64,000 nt of DNA, taken from contig JAFEBQ010000004.1 of assembly GCA_018242585.1 (NCBI GenBank), positions 35,558 through 99,557 on the forward strand, read 5' to 3'. Position numbers and translations under genes: made by a program. The notes under the pieces were generated by a model that had not been told where the DNA came from, searched no databases, and was given only the letters and a program-made list of their open reading frames with translations. Each line of letters starts with the position of its first letter. The first letter of the stretch is position 1. This document shows positions 53,081-63,164 of the stretch, piece by piece. The stretch is from Planctomycetota bacterium (GTDB lineage Bacteria > Planctomycetota > Planctomycetia > Pirellulales > PNKZ01).

Positions 53081-54766
53081 ATGCGCCGCACGTTGTCTCT
53101 CGCTGGCTCGCTTCGCTACGCCCAATGGTCCTTTGGCGCGATGTGCGCGATCCTATCATGTGGCTTGCTAGTGTCGCTGAGCCCGGTGTTGGCGGCTGCC
53201 GCGACACCCAAGCAAAACCGGCCGAGCATTGTTTACATCCTGTGCGACGACTTGGGTTACGGCGATCTCAAGTGCCTGAACCCAGATGGCAAGATCGCCA
53301 CGCCGCGCTGCGACCAGATGGCCCGCGACGGCATGCGCTTCACCGACGCTCACTCAGGATCGGCGGTTTGCACCCCCACGCGCTACGGCGTGATGACGGG
53401 GCGCTATAGCTGGCGCACTCCGCTGCAAAGCGGCGTGCTCGGCGGCCTGAGCCCGCGACTGATCGAGCCCGGTCGGGTGACCGTCGCGTCGTACCTGAAG
53501 CAGCACGGCTACCACACTTGTTGCGTTGGCAAGTGGCACCTGGGCATGGACTGGACAGTCTTGCCGGGCAAGGAGATCACCAAGCTCAACATCGAGACTC
53601 CCGATCAGGTTCACAACGTCGACTATGCCAAGGGGACGACCAACGGCCCCACCTCAGTAGGCTTTGATCGGTACTTTGGCATCGCCAGCTCACTCGACAT
53701 GGTTCCTTACGCATTCATCGAGAACAACCACCTGACCCAGCCGATCGCCACCGACAAAAGTTTTGCCATGATGCTCGGCCGTGAAGGGCGCGCCACGCGT
53801 CTTGGCCCCGCGGCGGCCGATTTCGACGCCGTCGACGTGCTGCCGACGCTGACGCGCGAGGCGGTGGCCTACATCGACCAGTGCGCCGCCGACGCCCGGG
53901 ATGGCAAGCCGTTCTTCCTGTACTTGCCACTGGCCTCGCCCCATACTCCGATCCATCCAGCCAAGCAGTGGCGTGAAAAGAGCGGCCTGAACCCTTACGC
54001 CGATTTCGTCATGCAAACCGACGCCACGGTCGGAGCGGTCTTCGACACTCTTGACAAGCATGGTCTCACGCGCGACACGCTGGTCATCCTGACCAGCGAC
54101 AATGGCTGCTCGCCCCAAGCGGACTTTCCCGAACTGCTGGCCAAGCAGCACAACCCCAGCTACCACTTCCGCGGCACCAAAGCCGACATCTACGAGGGGG
54201 GGCATCGCGTTCCGCTGCTGGTCCACTGGCCGGCGCGGGTGAAGGCCGGCAGCGCGAGCGACCGGATCACATGCCTGACCGATTTGCTGGCCACATGTGC
54301 CGAGATCGTCGGCACGCCGCTGCCGGCCAGCGCCGGCGAGGACAGCGAGAGCATGCTCGCCGCCATGACGGGCGAGTCGGCCGGCGCCCAGCGGCAAGCC
54401 GCCGTGGTCCATCACTCGATCAACGGCTCGTTCGCCATCCGCGACGGCAAATGGAAACTCTGCTTGTGCCCGGGCTCGGGTGGCTGGAGCGCGCCGCGCC
54501 CCAACATCGACGACGCCAGCAAGCTACCGCTGGTGCAACTGTTCGATCTGTCGACCGACATCGGCGAACGGAACAACTTGGAAGGCGAGCAGCCTGACCA
54601 GGTGAAGCGCCTAACTACGTTGCTTGAAGACTTCGTCGCTCAGGGGCGCAGCACGCCGGGCACGGCTCAGCTCAACACCTTTGAACCCGACATCTGGGCA
54701 GCCGGCAAGAAAGCACATCAGCCGTTGCCCCCCAAGCCCAAGCAACGGAAGCCACAAGCGTCATGA
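53081..54766 (+). CDS. arylsulfatase-family sulfatase (formylglycine-dependent)
   Basis: Signal peptide, PSIVYILCDDLGYGD, FGly motif SAVCTPTRYGVMTGR, GKWHLG, TSDNG. Confidence 0.93.
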   Translation: MRRTLSLAGSLRYAQWSFGAMCAILSCGLLVSLSPVLAAAATPKQNRPSIVYILCDDLGYGDLKCLNPDGKIATPRCDQMARDGMRFTDAHSGSAVCTPTRYGVMTGRYSWRTPLQSGVLGGLSPRLIEPGRVTVASYLKQHGYHTCCVGKWHLGMDWTVLPGKEITKLNIETPDQVHNVDYAKGTTNGPTSVGFDRYFGIASSLDMVPYAFIENNHLTQPIATDKSFAMMLGREGRATRLGPAAADFDAVDVLPTLTREAVAYIDQCAADARDGKPFFLYLPLASPHTPIHPAKQWREKSGLNPYADFVMQTDATVGAVFDTLDKHGLTRDTLVILTSDNGCSPQADFPELLAKQHNPSYHFRGTKADIYEGGHRVPLLVHWPARVKAGSASDRITCLTDLLATCAEIVGTPLPASAGEDSESMLAAMTGESAGAQRQAAVVHHSINGSFAIRDGKWKLCLCPGSGGWSAPRPNIDDASKLPLVQLFDLSTDIGERNNLEGEQPDQVKRLTTLLEDFVAQGRSTPGTAQLNTFEPDIWAAGKKAHQPLPPKPKQRKPQAS

Positions 54767-56262
54767 TTTCTAACGCATCGTTCGTCCGCGCCGCGGTGAT
54801 TGCTGGCGTGTTTTGCCTGGGCCTGGGCGCGCACGCGGCCACCATCATCGACGCGCGGCCGAATGTTTTGTTCTGCATTGCGGACGATTGGGGCTGGCCG
54901 CACGCCGGCGCTTATGGCGACCCGGTGGTCAAGACGCCGACGTTCGACCGGATGGCCCGCGAAGGGGTGCTGTTCGCCAACGCCTTCGTCTCGTCCCCGT
55001 CGTGTACGCCGTCGCGCTCGGCGCTGATGACGGGCCAGTACCACTGGCGGCTGGCCGAGGCGGCCAACTTGCACAGCACGCTCCAGACGCGCTTCCGCTC
55101 CTATAGCGAGATGCTCCGCGACAATGGCTACGCCATCGGTCACAGCCGCAAGGCCTGGGGCCCCGGCAAGCTGGAACCGGGCGGGCGCACGGAAGACCCG
55201 TCGGGGCCGCAGTTTAAGAACTTCGACGCCTTTCTGGCCCAGCGCCCCAAAGGAACCCCCTTCTGCTATTGGTTCGGCTCCCCCGATCCGCATCGCCCTT
55301 ACGAGCCAGGGACCGGCGTCGGACGCGGCATGAAGCTGGCCGATGTTCGAGTGCCAAGCTGCTTCCCCGACAACGAGTTGGTCCGCAGCGATGTGGCGGA
55401 CTATTACTTTGAAGTCGAGCGTTTCGACCGCGAAGTCGGCGAGGCGATTTCACAGCTTGAAGCGACGGGCGAATTGGACAACACGATCATCGTCATGACC
55501 GGCGACCACGGCATGCCCTTTCCGCGCGGCAAGAGCAACCTATACGACCTGGGTTGCCATGTCCCCTTGGTGCTGCGCTGGGGCGCCAAGGTCAAGCCGG
55601 GACGCGTGCTCGAGGACTTTGTCAGCCTCACCGATTTAGCGCCGACGTTTTTGGAAGCGGCCGGCGTCGCGCCACTGGCCGAGATGACCGGTCATAGCTT
55701 GCTGCCGACTCTCCTTTCGGATCGCGCCGGCTGGATCGAGCCGCGACGCCATCACGTGATCTACGGCAAGGAACGTCACGTCCCGTCGCAGGAAAAAGGA
55801 AACCTGGGGGGCTATCCGTCGCGGGCCATTCGCACCGCCGATCACCTTTACATTCGCAACTTCGCGCCGGAGCGTTGGCCCAATGGCATTGCCGACGGCG
55901 AGCAGTCGTTCATCGGCAACTCCTACGCCGATTGCGACGACGGCCCGACCAAAACATTCTTGATCCAGCACCAGTCCGATCCCGCGGTGCGCAAGTTCTT
56001 TGATCTGGCCTTTGCCAAGCGCCCTGCCGAGGAACTTTACGACTTGAAGAACGATCCGCAGCAATTGGTGAACGTCGCCGACCAGCCGGCATACCACAAA
56101 CTCAAAACTGGCTTGTCTGGAGCGTTGATGGAAGAACTGCGCGCCTCGGGCGACCCGCGCATTGTCGGTGGCGGCGAGAAGTTCGACGCGTATCCGTACT
56201 ACGGCGCTACGATGGCTACCAAGAAGCAAAAGAACAAAAAAGCAACTGACCCTAGCTCCTGA
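54763..56262 (+). CDS. sulfatase-family protein (formylglycine-dependent)
   Basis: Signal peptide, [21 protein letters not shown], FGly motif [28 protein letters not shown]. The ATGA overlap (54763-54766) with the upstream sulfatase suggests translational coupling. Confidence 0.93.
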   Translation: MISNASFVRAAVIAGVFCLGLGAHAATIIDARPNVLFCIADDWGWPHAGAYGDPVVKTPTFDRMAREGVLFANAFVSSPSCTPSRSALMTGQYHWRLAEAANLHSTLQTRFRSYSEMLRDNGYAIGHSRKAWGPGKLEPGGRTEDPSGPQFKNFDAFLAQRPKGTPFCYWFGSPDPHRPYEPGTGVGRGMKLADVRVPSCFPDNELVRSDVADYYFEVERFDREVGEAISQLEATGELDNTIIVMTGDHGMPFPRGKSNLYDLGCHVPLVLRWGAKVKPGRVLEDFVSLTDLAPTFLEAAGVAPLAEMTGHSLLPTLLSDRAGWIEPRRHHVIYGKERHVPSQEKGNLGGYPSRAIRTADHLYIRNFAPERWPNGIADGEQSFIGNSYADCDDGPTKTFLIQHQSDPAVRKFFDLAFAKRPAEELYDLKNDPQQLVNVADQPAYHKLKTGLSGALMEELRASGDPRIVGGGEKFDAYPYYGATMATKKQKNKKATDPSS

Positions 56263-56282
56263 TCGAAAGGCGTCTGCCGCGC

Positions 56283-57839
56283 ATGAGCATCCCACGCACC
56301 GTTCTGGCTCTGATTCTGTCGCTTGCCCCGCTGACGGCCGGTCTGGCCGCCGAGGCCAAGCGACCGAACATCGTCTTTATCTTCTCGGACGATCACGCCT
56401 ATCAGGCGATCAGCGCCTATGGCGACTCGCGGCGGTTGTTGCAGACGCCGAACATCGACCGCCTGGGCGTTGAAGGCATGCGCTTCGATCGCTGCCTGGT
56501 CACCAATTCGATCTGCGGGCCATGCCGCGCCGTGATCCTGACCGGCAAGTACAGCCATTTGAACGGCTTTTACAACAACTCGAACAGCACCTTCGATAGC
56601 TCACAGACCACGTTTCCCAAGCTACTGCAAAAGGTCGGCTACCAGACAGCCGTCATTGGCAAGTGGCACCTGATGAGCGATCCGACTGGCTTCGATCACT
56701 GGGAAATCCTGCCTGGCCAGGGGGTCTATTACAACCCGCCGATGATTCGCAAAGGGGAACGAGTCAAGCACACCGGCTACACGACCGACATCATCACTGA
56801 TCTGAGTCTCGATTGGCTCAAGCAGCGCGATGCGTCGCGGCCGTTTTTGTTGATGATGCAGCACAAGGCCCCGCACCGCGAATGGTCGCCGCCGTTGCGG
56901 CACCTGGGCCACGACAACGATCGCCAGTACGAACCGCCGGCCACGCTGTTTGACGATTACTCGGGCCGCGGGCTGGCGGTGCGCGACCAGGACATGACGA
57001 TTGCCAATACGTTCACGCCGCTCGATGCCAAGCTGGCCGCGCCCAATAGCCTGAACCCTGAACAACTCGCCGAGTGGAACAAGTATTACGAGCCGCGCAA
57101 CGAGAAGTTCCGCGCCGCCAACCCGCAAGGCAAAGACTTGGTCCGCTGGCGGTATAACCGGTACATGCACGATTACCTAGGCTGCGTCAAAGCGGTCGAT
57201 GAATCGGTCGGCCGGATGCTGAAGTTCTTGGACGACAACGGCCTGACCGAGAACACCATTGTCGTCTACTCGGCTGACCAGGGGTTCTACCTGGGCGAAC
57301 ACGGCTGGTTCGACAAGCGGTGGATCTTTGAAGAGTCGCTGCGCACGCCGCTGTTGGTCCGCTGGCCCGGGGCGACGAAGCCCGGCAGCGTGAACTCGCA
57401 ACTGGTCAGCAACCTGGACTTTGCCCAGACATTCCTGGCCGCCGCCGGCGTCGATGCCCCGTCGGACATGCAAGGCAACAGCCTGGTTCCCTTGCTGCGT
57501 GGCGAGCAAGCGGCCAACTGGCGCAAGAGCTTTTACTATCACTACTATGAATACCCGGCGCCGCATCACGTGCGGCCCCACCGTGGCGTGGTGACGGATC
57601 GCTACAAGTTGGTCCACTTCTACAAGCCCGACGTCGATTACTGGGAGTTGTACGATCGCCAGCAAGACCCGTTGGAACTGCGCAACGTGCTTGACGAGCC
57701 GGCGTCGCAATCGGTCGTGACTGAGTTAAAGGCCGAGCTATCACGATTGGAGAAAGAGCTAAAGGTTCCCGCCGAAGCGCCGGCCTGGGCCTATGGGGGC
57801 AAACGCAATCAAGTCCCCAAAATCGATCGCACGAATTGA
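56283..57839 (+). CDS. sulfatase-family protein with DUF4976-like C-terminus
   Basis: Signal peptide, [22 protein letters not shown]-x-P-x-R motif [34 protein letters not shown]-terminal YKLVHFY....[15 protein letters not shown]. Confidence 0.93.
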   Translation: MSIPRTVLALILSLAPLTAGLAAEAKRPNIVFIFSDDHAYQAISAYGDSRRLLQTPNIDRLGVEGMRFDRCLVTNSICGPCRAVILTGKYSHLNGFYNNSNSTFDSSQTTFPKLLQKVGYQTAVIGKWHLMSDPTGFDHWEILPGQGVYYNPPMIRKGERVKHTGYTTDIITDLSLDWLKQRDASRPFLLMMQHKAPHREWSPPLRHLGHDNDRQYEPPATLFDDYSGRGLAVRDQDMTIANTFTPLDAKLAAPNSLNPEQLAEWNKYYEPRNEKFRAANPQGKDLVRWRYNRYMHDYLGCVKAVDESVGRMLKFLDDNGLTENTIVVYSADQGFYLGEHGWFDKRWIFEESLRTPLLVRWPGATKPGSVNSQLVSNLDFAQTFLAAAGVDAPSDMQGNSLVPLLRGEQAANWRKSFYYHYYEYPAPHHVRPHRGVVTDRYKLVHFYKPDVDYWELYDRQQDPLELRNVLDEPASQSVVTELKAELSRLEKELKVPAEAPAWAYGGKRNQVPKIDRTN

Positions 57840-57884
57840 GCGCGCACTCCTGACCGAAACAGCGTCGCTCCGTTATCCTACAAG

Positions 57885-57916
57885 CCCAGGGGTTCCACCC
57901 CCTGGGTTTTTCTTTT
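57885..57916 (+). terminator. Rho-independent terminator after the sulfatase operon
   Basis: CCCAGGGG(57885-57892) ttccac CCCCTGGG(57899-57906), followed by TTTTTCTTTT (57907-57916). Confidence 0.75.
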
Positions 57917-57948
57917 GGCGTTCGATTTTGCAGTAAGAGCCTGCTCCT

Positions 57949-59241
57949 TTGTCCAATCCAGAGCACAGCGACGTGATCGTCATCGGCGCCGGGGCCGCAG
58001 GATTGCTGGCCGCGTGCCGCGGCGCCGAGCGCGGCCGGCCGACGCTGCTACTGGAAAAGAACCGCAAGCCGGGCGTGAAGATCCTGATCTCCGGCGGCAC
58101 GCGGTGCAATCTGACCCACGATTGCGACGAGCGGGGGATCATCGCCGCCTTTGGCTCGGCCGGCAGCTTTCTGCATTCGCCCCTGGCGGCCCTGGGCCCG
58201 CGCGAACTGGTCGAGCTGTTCCACGCCGAAGGGGTGCCAACCTACGTCGAGCCAGGGACCGGCAAGGTCTTCCCCCGTAGCGACCGGGCGCTCGACGTGG
58301 TGCGGGCGCTGATGGCCCGCCTGGAACGGAGCGGAGCAAAGCTGCTGCTAGGGCAAGCGGTCGAGCGGATCGAACGCGACGGCGCGCGATTCGTGATCTC
58401 GACCAGCGAGCGGACGTTCACCTGTGACAAGCTGATCGTCGCCGTCGGCGGGCGCAGCTACCCGGGCTGTGGCACCACGGGTGACGGCTACCGTTGGCTG
58501 GCCGCGTGGGGGCATACCATTCGCCCGCCCCGCCCTGCCCTGGTGCCACTGACCAGTGACGAACCCTGGGTGCGCGAGCTGTCGGGCATTACGGCGGTCG
58601 ATTGCCTGGTCCGCGTCGTCGAGTGCGCCAAGGAAAACGAGGCACCGCCGCAGGCCAAGAAGCGCGTCAAAGGCTTGCCCGCGGGTGTGTTGATCGAACG
58701 CCGCGGCGCGCTCCTATTCACTCATTTCGGCCTGTCGGGGCCGGTGGCTCTCGATGTCAGTCGCGCCGTGACCGGCGCCGCGCGGCCCAGCGATGTCGAA
58801 CTGCGGGTCGATTTTCTGCCCGAGCTGTCGGCCGAGGCGCTCGATGATCACTTGCGCGCCGCCGCGGCCAGCGATGGCAAGAAGCTGATCGTGGGGCTCG
58901 TGCCCGAGGCGCTGTCACGCCGGCTGGTCGAAGCGTTGGCCCGACAGGCGGGCTTACCGCTCGACCGGCGCGCGGCCGAGCTGAGCAAAGCGGAAAGGGC
59001 CGGCTGGGTCGATGCGCTCAAGCGCGCGCCGATTCATGTCTCGGGAACGCGCGGCTTTGACAAGGCCGAGGTCACCGCCGGCGGCGTGGCGCTCGACGAG
59101 GTCGACTCGCGGACCATGCAAAGCAAGCTCGTGCCGAACTTGTACCTGGTGGGCGAGATTCTAGACCTCGACGGGTTCATAGGCGGCTACAACTTTCAGG
59201 CGGCGTTCAGCACTGGCTGGTTGGCCGCGTCGAGTGTTTAA
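57949..59241 (+). CDS. HI0933/BaiN-like NAD(P)/FAD-dependent flavoprotein (TTG start)
   Basis: DVIVIGAGAAGLLAA dinucleotide-binding motif, LLLEKNRKPGVKILISGGTRCNLTH, and C-terminal GEILDLDGFIGGYNFQAAFSTGWLAA. Confidence 0.88.
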   Translation: MSNPEHSDVIVIGAGAAGLLAACRGAERGRPTLLLEKNRKPGVKILISGGTRCNLTHDCDERGIIAAFGSAGSFLHSPLAALGPRELVELFHAEGVPTYVEPGTGKVFPRSDRALDVVRALMARLERSGAKLLLGQAVERIERDGARFVISTSERTFTCDKLIVAVGGRSYPGCGTTGDGYRWLAAWGHTIRPPRPALVPLTSDEPWVRELSGITAVDCLVRVVECAKENEAPPQAKKRVKGLPAGVLIERRGALLFTHFGLSGPVALDVSRAVTGAARPSDVELRVDFLPELSAEALDDHLRAAAASDGKKLIVGLVPEALSRRLVEALARQAGLPLDRRAAELSKAERAGWVDALKRAPIHVSGTRGFDKAEVTAGGVALDEVDSRTMQSKLVPNLYLVGEILDLDGFIGGYNFQAAFSTGWLAASSV

Positions 59242-59346
59242 GATTCGTATGCTTCTTAATGAATGAAGCGCCGGGCTTGGACGGCAAGTTACGCGCTTCC
59301 AGCTTGCCTCGGGATGGTTTAATCTGAATACGGCTCAGCGCTAAAC

Positions 59347-59454
59347 CCTTCTCCTCCCGTGAGAAGGTGGCGGCGCAAGCCGCCGGATGGAGGTCGCGCG
59401 TCAATCTCGTGCGGCGCACTCACCCTCCCCCTGCCCCTCCCTGCCAGGGAGGGG
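59347..59454. repeat. REP-like GC-rich multi-hairpin element
   Basis: CTTCTC..GAGAAG, GGCGGCgcaaGCCGCC, and CCCCTCCCTG(59434-59443)/CAGGGAGGGG(59445-59454). It lies in the spacer upstream of ATG 59515. Confidence 0.4.
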
Positions 59455-59514
59455 TGTTTACGGTTTCCGCTCCTGACATTTTCACTTGCACCAAGCCGCC
59501 AGCGAGTTCCGTCT

Positions 59515-60930
59515 ATGCGTATGACCGCCTTTGCCGCAGCACTATTCACAATCGTGGCGTCAAATCTCCAGTCCGCCGAGAACCTCTCCTACTTCCGCGC
59601 CGATCGGGGCCTGGCGGCCAACGATTCGCAGCCGCTGCCTGACACGCTTTCCGAAGGGGAACTCGAATGGCGCGTGCCGGTGGCGCCGGGGCACTCGACG
59701 CCGTGCGTGGCGGGCGATCTGATCGTGGTGACCACGTTCGAGAATGACAAGTTGGCTACCGTGGCGTTCGATCGGGCCAGCGGCGCCGAGCGCTGGCGTC
59801 AGTCGGCACCAGCCGCAAAGATCGAAGAGTTCCACAAGACCAGCAGCCCCGCCGCGGCCACGGCCGCCAGCGACGGCCAGCGGATCTATGTCTTCTTTGG
59901 CAGCTATGGCCTGCTCTGCTATGACTTGTCGGGCAAGCTGCTCTGGTCCAAGCCGATGGGCCCGTTCCAGGATGAATTCGGCTCGTCCAGTTCGCCGCTG
60001 TTGATCGACGGCAAGCTGGTCTTGAACGAAGATCACGACCTGAACAGCTTTCTGATCGCCATCAACTGCGCCGATGGCAAGACCATTTGGCAAACGCCGC
60101 GCGAAGGCTTCACGCGCAGCTACGCCACGCCCATCGTCTGGAACGTCGCTGGTCGCGAGCAACTGATCGTGGCCGGCGCGCTGCAAGTGACCAGCTACGC
60201 CGTCGACTCGGGACGGCCGCTCTGGTCGCTCGACGGTTTCGCGCGGATCGTCAATACCACGCCGGTGGCGGCTGATGACTTGCTGCTGGTGGCAACATGG
60301 AGTCCTGGCGGCGACAAGGAATCGCGGATCGCGATGGAGCCGTGGGACGCGACGGTCAAACAGTTCGATAAGAACGGCGACCAGAAGCTGGCGCGCGAAG
60401 AGGTCACCAACCCCGACGTGCTTGATCGGTTCTTTCGCATCGATTTGAACCAGGACCAGGGGCTTGACCAGCAGGAGTGGGAAAGGTACGCCAGCGTGTT
60501 TGAACGGGCCCGCAACGTGCTGCAGGCGATTCGCTTGAAGCAAACATCCGAGGGTACGTTGGTGCCCGAGGTGGCTTGGACCTATGAGAAGGGACTGCCG
60601 TACGTGGCCAGCCCGCTGGTTTATCGGGGCGTGGTCTACCTGGTGAAGGACGGGGGTATTCTGTCGACGCTCGATCTACAGACCGGCAAGCTGTTGAAGC
60701 AAGGCCGGTTGCGCGGCACTGGCTCGTACTACGCTTCGCCGGTGGCCGGCGACGGCAAGGTATACCTGGCCAGCGACCCGGGCGTGGTCACGATACTCGA
60801 GGCGGACGGACATTGGCAGCCCGGCGACATGCGCGAATTGTTCGAGCGAATCGTCGCCACGCCGGTGATCAGCGACGGTCGCATTTACGTCCGTTCCGAA
60901 AAGGCGATGTATTGCTTTGTGAAGAAGTAA
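59515..60930 (+). CDS. PQQ-like beta-propeller repeat protein (BamB-like fold) with an internal EF-hand pair
   Basis: Start moved to ATG 59515 (MRMTAFAAALFTIVASNLQSAE signal). Repeated W-containing blades: LEWRVPV, AERWRQS, KLLWSKPM, KTIWQTPR, RPLWSLDG. EF-hand-like FDKNGDQKLAREEV and IDLNQDQGLDQQEW. Confidence 0.85.
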   Translation: MRMTAFAAALFTIVASNLQSAENLSYFRADRGLAANDSQPLPDTLSEGELEWRVPVAPGHSTPCVAGDLIVVTTFENDKLATVAFDRASGAERWRQSAPAAKIEEFHKTSSPAAATAASDGQRIYVFFGSYGLLCYDLSGKLLWSKPMGPFQDEFGSSSSPLLIDGKLVLNEDHDLNSFLIAINCADGKTIWQTPREGFTRSYATPIVWNVAGREQLIVAGALQVTSYAVDSGRPLWSLDGFARIVNTTPVAADDLLLVATWSPGGDKESRIAMEPWDATVKQFDKNGDQKLAREEVTNPDVLDRFFRIDLNQDQGLDQQEWERYASVFERARNVLQAIRLKQTSEGTLVPEVAWTYEKGLPYVASPLVYRGVVYLVKDGGILSTLDLQTGKLLKQGRLRGTGSYYASPVAGDGKVYLASDPGVVTILEADGHWQPGDMRELFERIVATPVISDGRIYVRSEKAMYCFVKK

Positions 60931-60958
60931 CTAGCTGAGTTCCGCAGCGAGGAAAATC

Positions 60959-61384
60959 ATGAAGACCAAATCGGGGCTGTTGTTGGTGGTTGGTGCGGCG
61001 CTGTTTCTGGCGGCGTCGGCGTCGGTGGCTTTTCCGCCCGACAAGCCCGCGGCGGCGACCAGCGAGCTGAGTCTGCGCGTCGAAGAAGCCCAGGCCTACG
61101 TCCGGCTGTACGAGATACGCCTGCTTAACGCCAAGGTGATCGCCGAACAGGAAGGGCTGAAGTGGGACAACGTCAACGCCACGTTCGCACAACTGGAAAG
61201 GGCCTTCGAGAAAGGGGCCATTTCCGACAAGAGCTTCCGCGAGGGGAAGGAACAATTCGAGTGGTATCGCTTGCAAGACAAGATTCAGGACTGGCAGGAG
61301 ATCGAAGAGGAACTGAACATCGCGAAAATCAGGCTGCGCATGGTCGAGCGCGGCATGGTGGTCTACGGCGGCGACAAGCCATGA
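60959..61384 (+). CDS. secreted coiled-coil hypothetical protein (141 aa)
   Basis: Signal MKTKSGLLLVVGAALFLAASASVA. AGGAAA lies upstream of the ATG. Codon usage resembles neighbouring genes. No family recognised. Confidence 0.65.
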   Translation: MKTKSGLLLVVGAALFLAASASVAFPPDKPAAATSELSLRVEEAQAYVRLYEIRLLNAKVIAEQEGLKWDNVNATFAQLERAFEKGAISDKSFREGKEQFEWYRLQDKIQDWQEIEEELNIAKIRLRMVERGMVVYGGDKP

Positions 61385-61446
61385 GGGGCGATTGAGCTTT
61401 GCCGAAAGCGGCAATCAGAATCGGGTAGCACCAGTTGCTCGTCAAC

Positions 61447-61604
61447 CGGTGTTGCGTAGCAACAAGAAACTCGATGGGCACGCGCAACCCATATGGAAAC
61501 TCGCCACCCGTGAGGGACGGCGCTCGAGGTTTCTTGTGGCCTTCGGCCACCCAGGTGCAAGCACCTGGTCCACCCCCCGCTACGGTCTCTTAAGAGCTGT
61601 TCTA
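61447..61604 (-). repeat. ~157-nt structured repeat, copy B (starts at the TAG stop of the SDR gene)
   Basis: Its reverse complement aligns end to end with 13974..14130. It has the same four stem elements, with changes confined to loops (GCA/GAA, TGC/TAC) and one ~16-nt variable segment. It lies between convergent genes. Confidence 0.65.
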
Positions 61605-62375
61605 ATGTGCCGTCCAGCCGCCGTCGACGGTTAGCAGGCTGCCGGTCACGTAGCTGGCCGCGTCGCTGGCCAGGAAAATGGCCGCCCCTTGAATCTCTTC
61701 CATGCGGCCCCAGCGTTTCAGCGCGGTTGCGCCGACGATGTTCTTGAGCGCGTCTTCGTTGTTGGCGATCGGCTCGTTCATCGGCGTCAGGAACGGCCCC
61801 GGGCAAATCGCGTTGCAGGTGATCTTGAACGGCGCGAGCTCCAGCCCCAGCCCGCGGGTCATAATTGAGACGGCTCCTTTGCTGGCGTTGTATGGCGTGC
61901 GATTGGCCAGCCCGACCACGCCAAGCGTGCTTGACAGATTGACGATCCGCCCGTAGTTGCGCTGCTTCATGTGGGGGACCACGGCCCGAGCCATCAGCCA
62001 CAGGCCGGTCACGTTGACGTTTTGCACCTCCAGGAATTGCTCAAGCGTCAGTTCATCGATCGATCCGCGGATGTTGATGCCGGCGTTGTTGATCAGAATG
62101 TCGATCTGGCCGAACTCCTTGATCGCCCTGTCGGCCACTTCCTTGACCTCGTTGGGCTTGGTCACGTCAGCCGCCATGCCCAGCGCGCGACGGCCGTAGT
62201 CCTTGGCAATCTGCTCGGCCGTGGCAACGGCTTCCTGTTCATGCCGGCTGATCAACAGCAGGTTCGCCCCGGCCGAAGCCAAACCTTCGGCCATCGCTCG
62301 GCCGAGTCCCTTGGACCCGCCGGTGACGATCGCGACCCGGCCCGTCAGATCGAACTGCTTGATCCCTGGCAACAT
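61602..62375 (-). CDS. SDR-family oxidoreductase (FabG/gluconate-5-dehydrogenase-like)
   Basis: TGGSKGLGRAMA (TGxxxGxG), NNAGI, and catalytic S...YNASK, PGPF. Confidence 0.93.
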   Translation of the reverse strand: MLPGIKQFDLTGRVAIVTGGSKGLGRAMAEGLASAGANLLLISRHEQEAVATAEQIAKDYGRRALGMAADVTKPNEVKEVADRAIKEFGQIDILINNAGINIRGSIDELTLEQFLEVQNVNVTGLWLMARAVVPHMKQRNYGRIVNLSSTLGVVGLANRTPYNASKGAVSIMTRGLGLELAPFKITCNAICPGPFLTPMNEPIANNEDALKNIVGATALKRWGRMEEIQGAAIFLASDAASYVTGSLLTVDGGWTAH

Positions 62376-62429
62376 GTGGCAGATTCCTTATGCGATGCGT
62401 GAGTTGGGTAATTTGTGAGCCGCGCCCGT

Positions 62430-62957
62430 TTATGACTTGGCCGGCTCGTCGAGCGTTTTCATCAGCACGACGCTCTGATAGTTCGTCTCGGGCCAACAAA
62501 CTTTGTCGACCGGCTGGAAACCAAGCCGCGCGTACCAGGCGATCAGATGCGTCGCCTGCTCAGCGGTGTCGAGGGCCAGATGCGTGGCCTGGCACTTTCG
62601 CGCCCGCTGCTCCATCAGCTTGATCATCCGCAGCCCGATCCCCCGCCGCTGCAACGAAGGCTGCACAGCGAATTGGCCGAACTTATAGATGCCCGGCCGG
62701 CGATAGGTTTCGCAGATCGAATCGGCGCACGGCGCATAGAGCGTGACCGTGCCGACGATCTTGCCGTGCAGTTCAGCGACGACCGATTCGCCTTCGTCCA
62801 GCCGATTGCGCGTGGTCGCTTCGTCCTGGTACGAAGCTTGGTAGCGCAACCCCTGGGCCGCGTGCGGCCGGTAGGCTTCGTGCAGCAGCTCGGTGATTTC
62901 GGCCACCGAATCGCTGGAGCGGAGATCGCGATAAACAATTCGTTCAGCGCTAGCCAA
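62430..62957 (-). CDS. GNAT-family N-acetyltransferase
   Basis: Acetyl-CoA binding motif QPSLQRRGIGLRMIKLMEQRA. 175 aa, a typical GNAT length. Confidence 0.88.
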   Translation of the reverse strand: MASAERIVYRDLRSSDSVAEITELLHEAYRPHAAQGLRYQASYQDEATTRNRLDEGESVVAELHGKIVGTVTLYAPCADSICETYRRPGIYKFGQFAVQPSLQRRGIGLRMIKLMEQRARKCQATHLALDTAEQATHLIAWYARLGFQPVDKVCWPETNYQSVVLMKTLDEPAKS

Positions 62958-63164
62958 GCGGGCCTCGGAACCAATGCCATGCCGGCGACACGCCGGGCCT
63001 CGTAACGATCGACGCTTCTATTGTTGCGCGATCGGGCAAGCCATCGCAACCGGCGCGCGTTACTATCGTAACGCGATCAATCGGGTACGCAATTGGCGCG
63101 GGGCTAACCGGCGGGAAACATAACCGCGAAAAACTCGAACGGACGCCGGTCGCGAGGAGGCCGA

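Noticed and set aside
52836-53207. 123-aa minus-strand ORF in the spacer after the giant gene, overlapping the sulfatase start.
   Set aside because: It overlaps the sulfatase signal peptide on the opposite strand, has no motifs, and spans terminator-like hairpins.
53690-57966. Minus-strand ORFs opposite the three sulfatase genes (53690..54415, 54718..55293, 55636..56295, 56622..57170, 57177..57710, 57406..57966).
   Set aside because: Antisense shadows of genes with clear sulfatase signatures.
59359-59514. Upstream extension of the beta-propeller ORF (track start 59359).
   Set aside because: The extension is translated from the REP-like GC hairpin element. A good signal peptide starts at ATG 59515.
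59560-60543. 327-aa antisense ORF opposite the beta-propeller gene.
   Set aside because: A low-complexity antisense shadow.
61363-62001. 212-aa minus-strand ORF overlapping the SDR gene in another frame and the repeat element.
   Set aside because: Arg/Gly-rich, and out of frame with a gene that has canonical SDR motifs.
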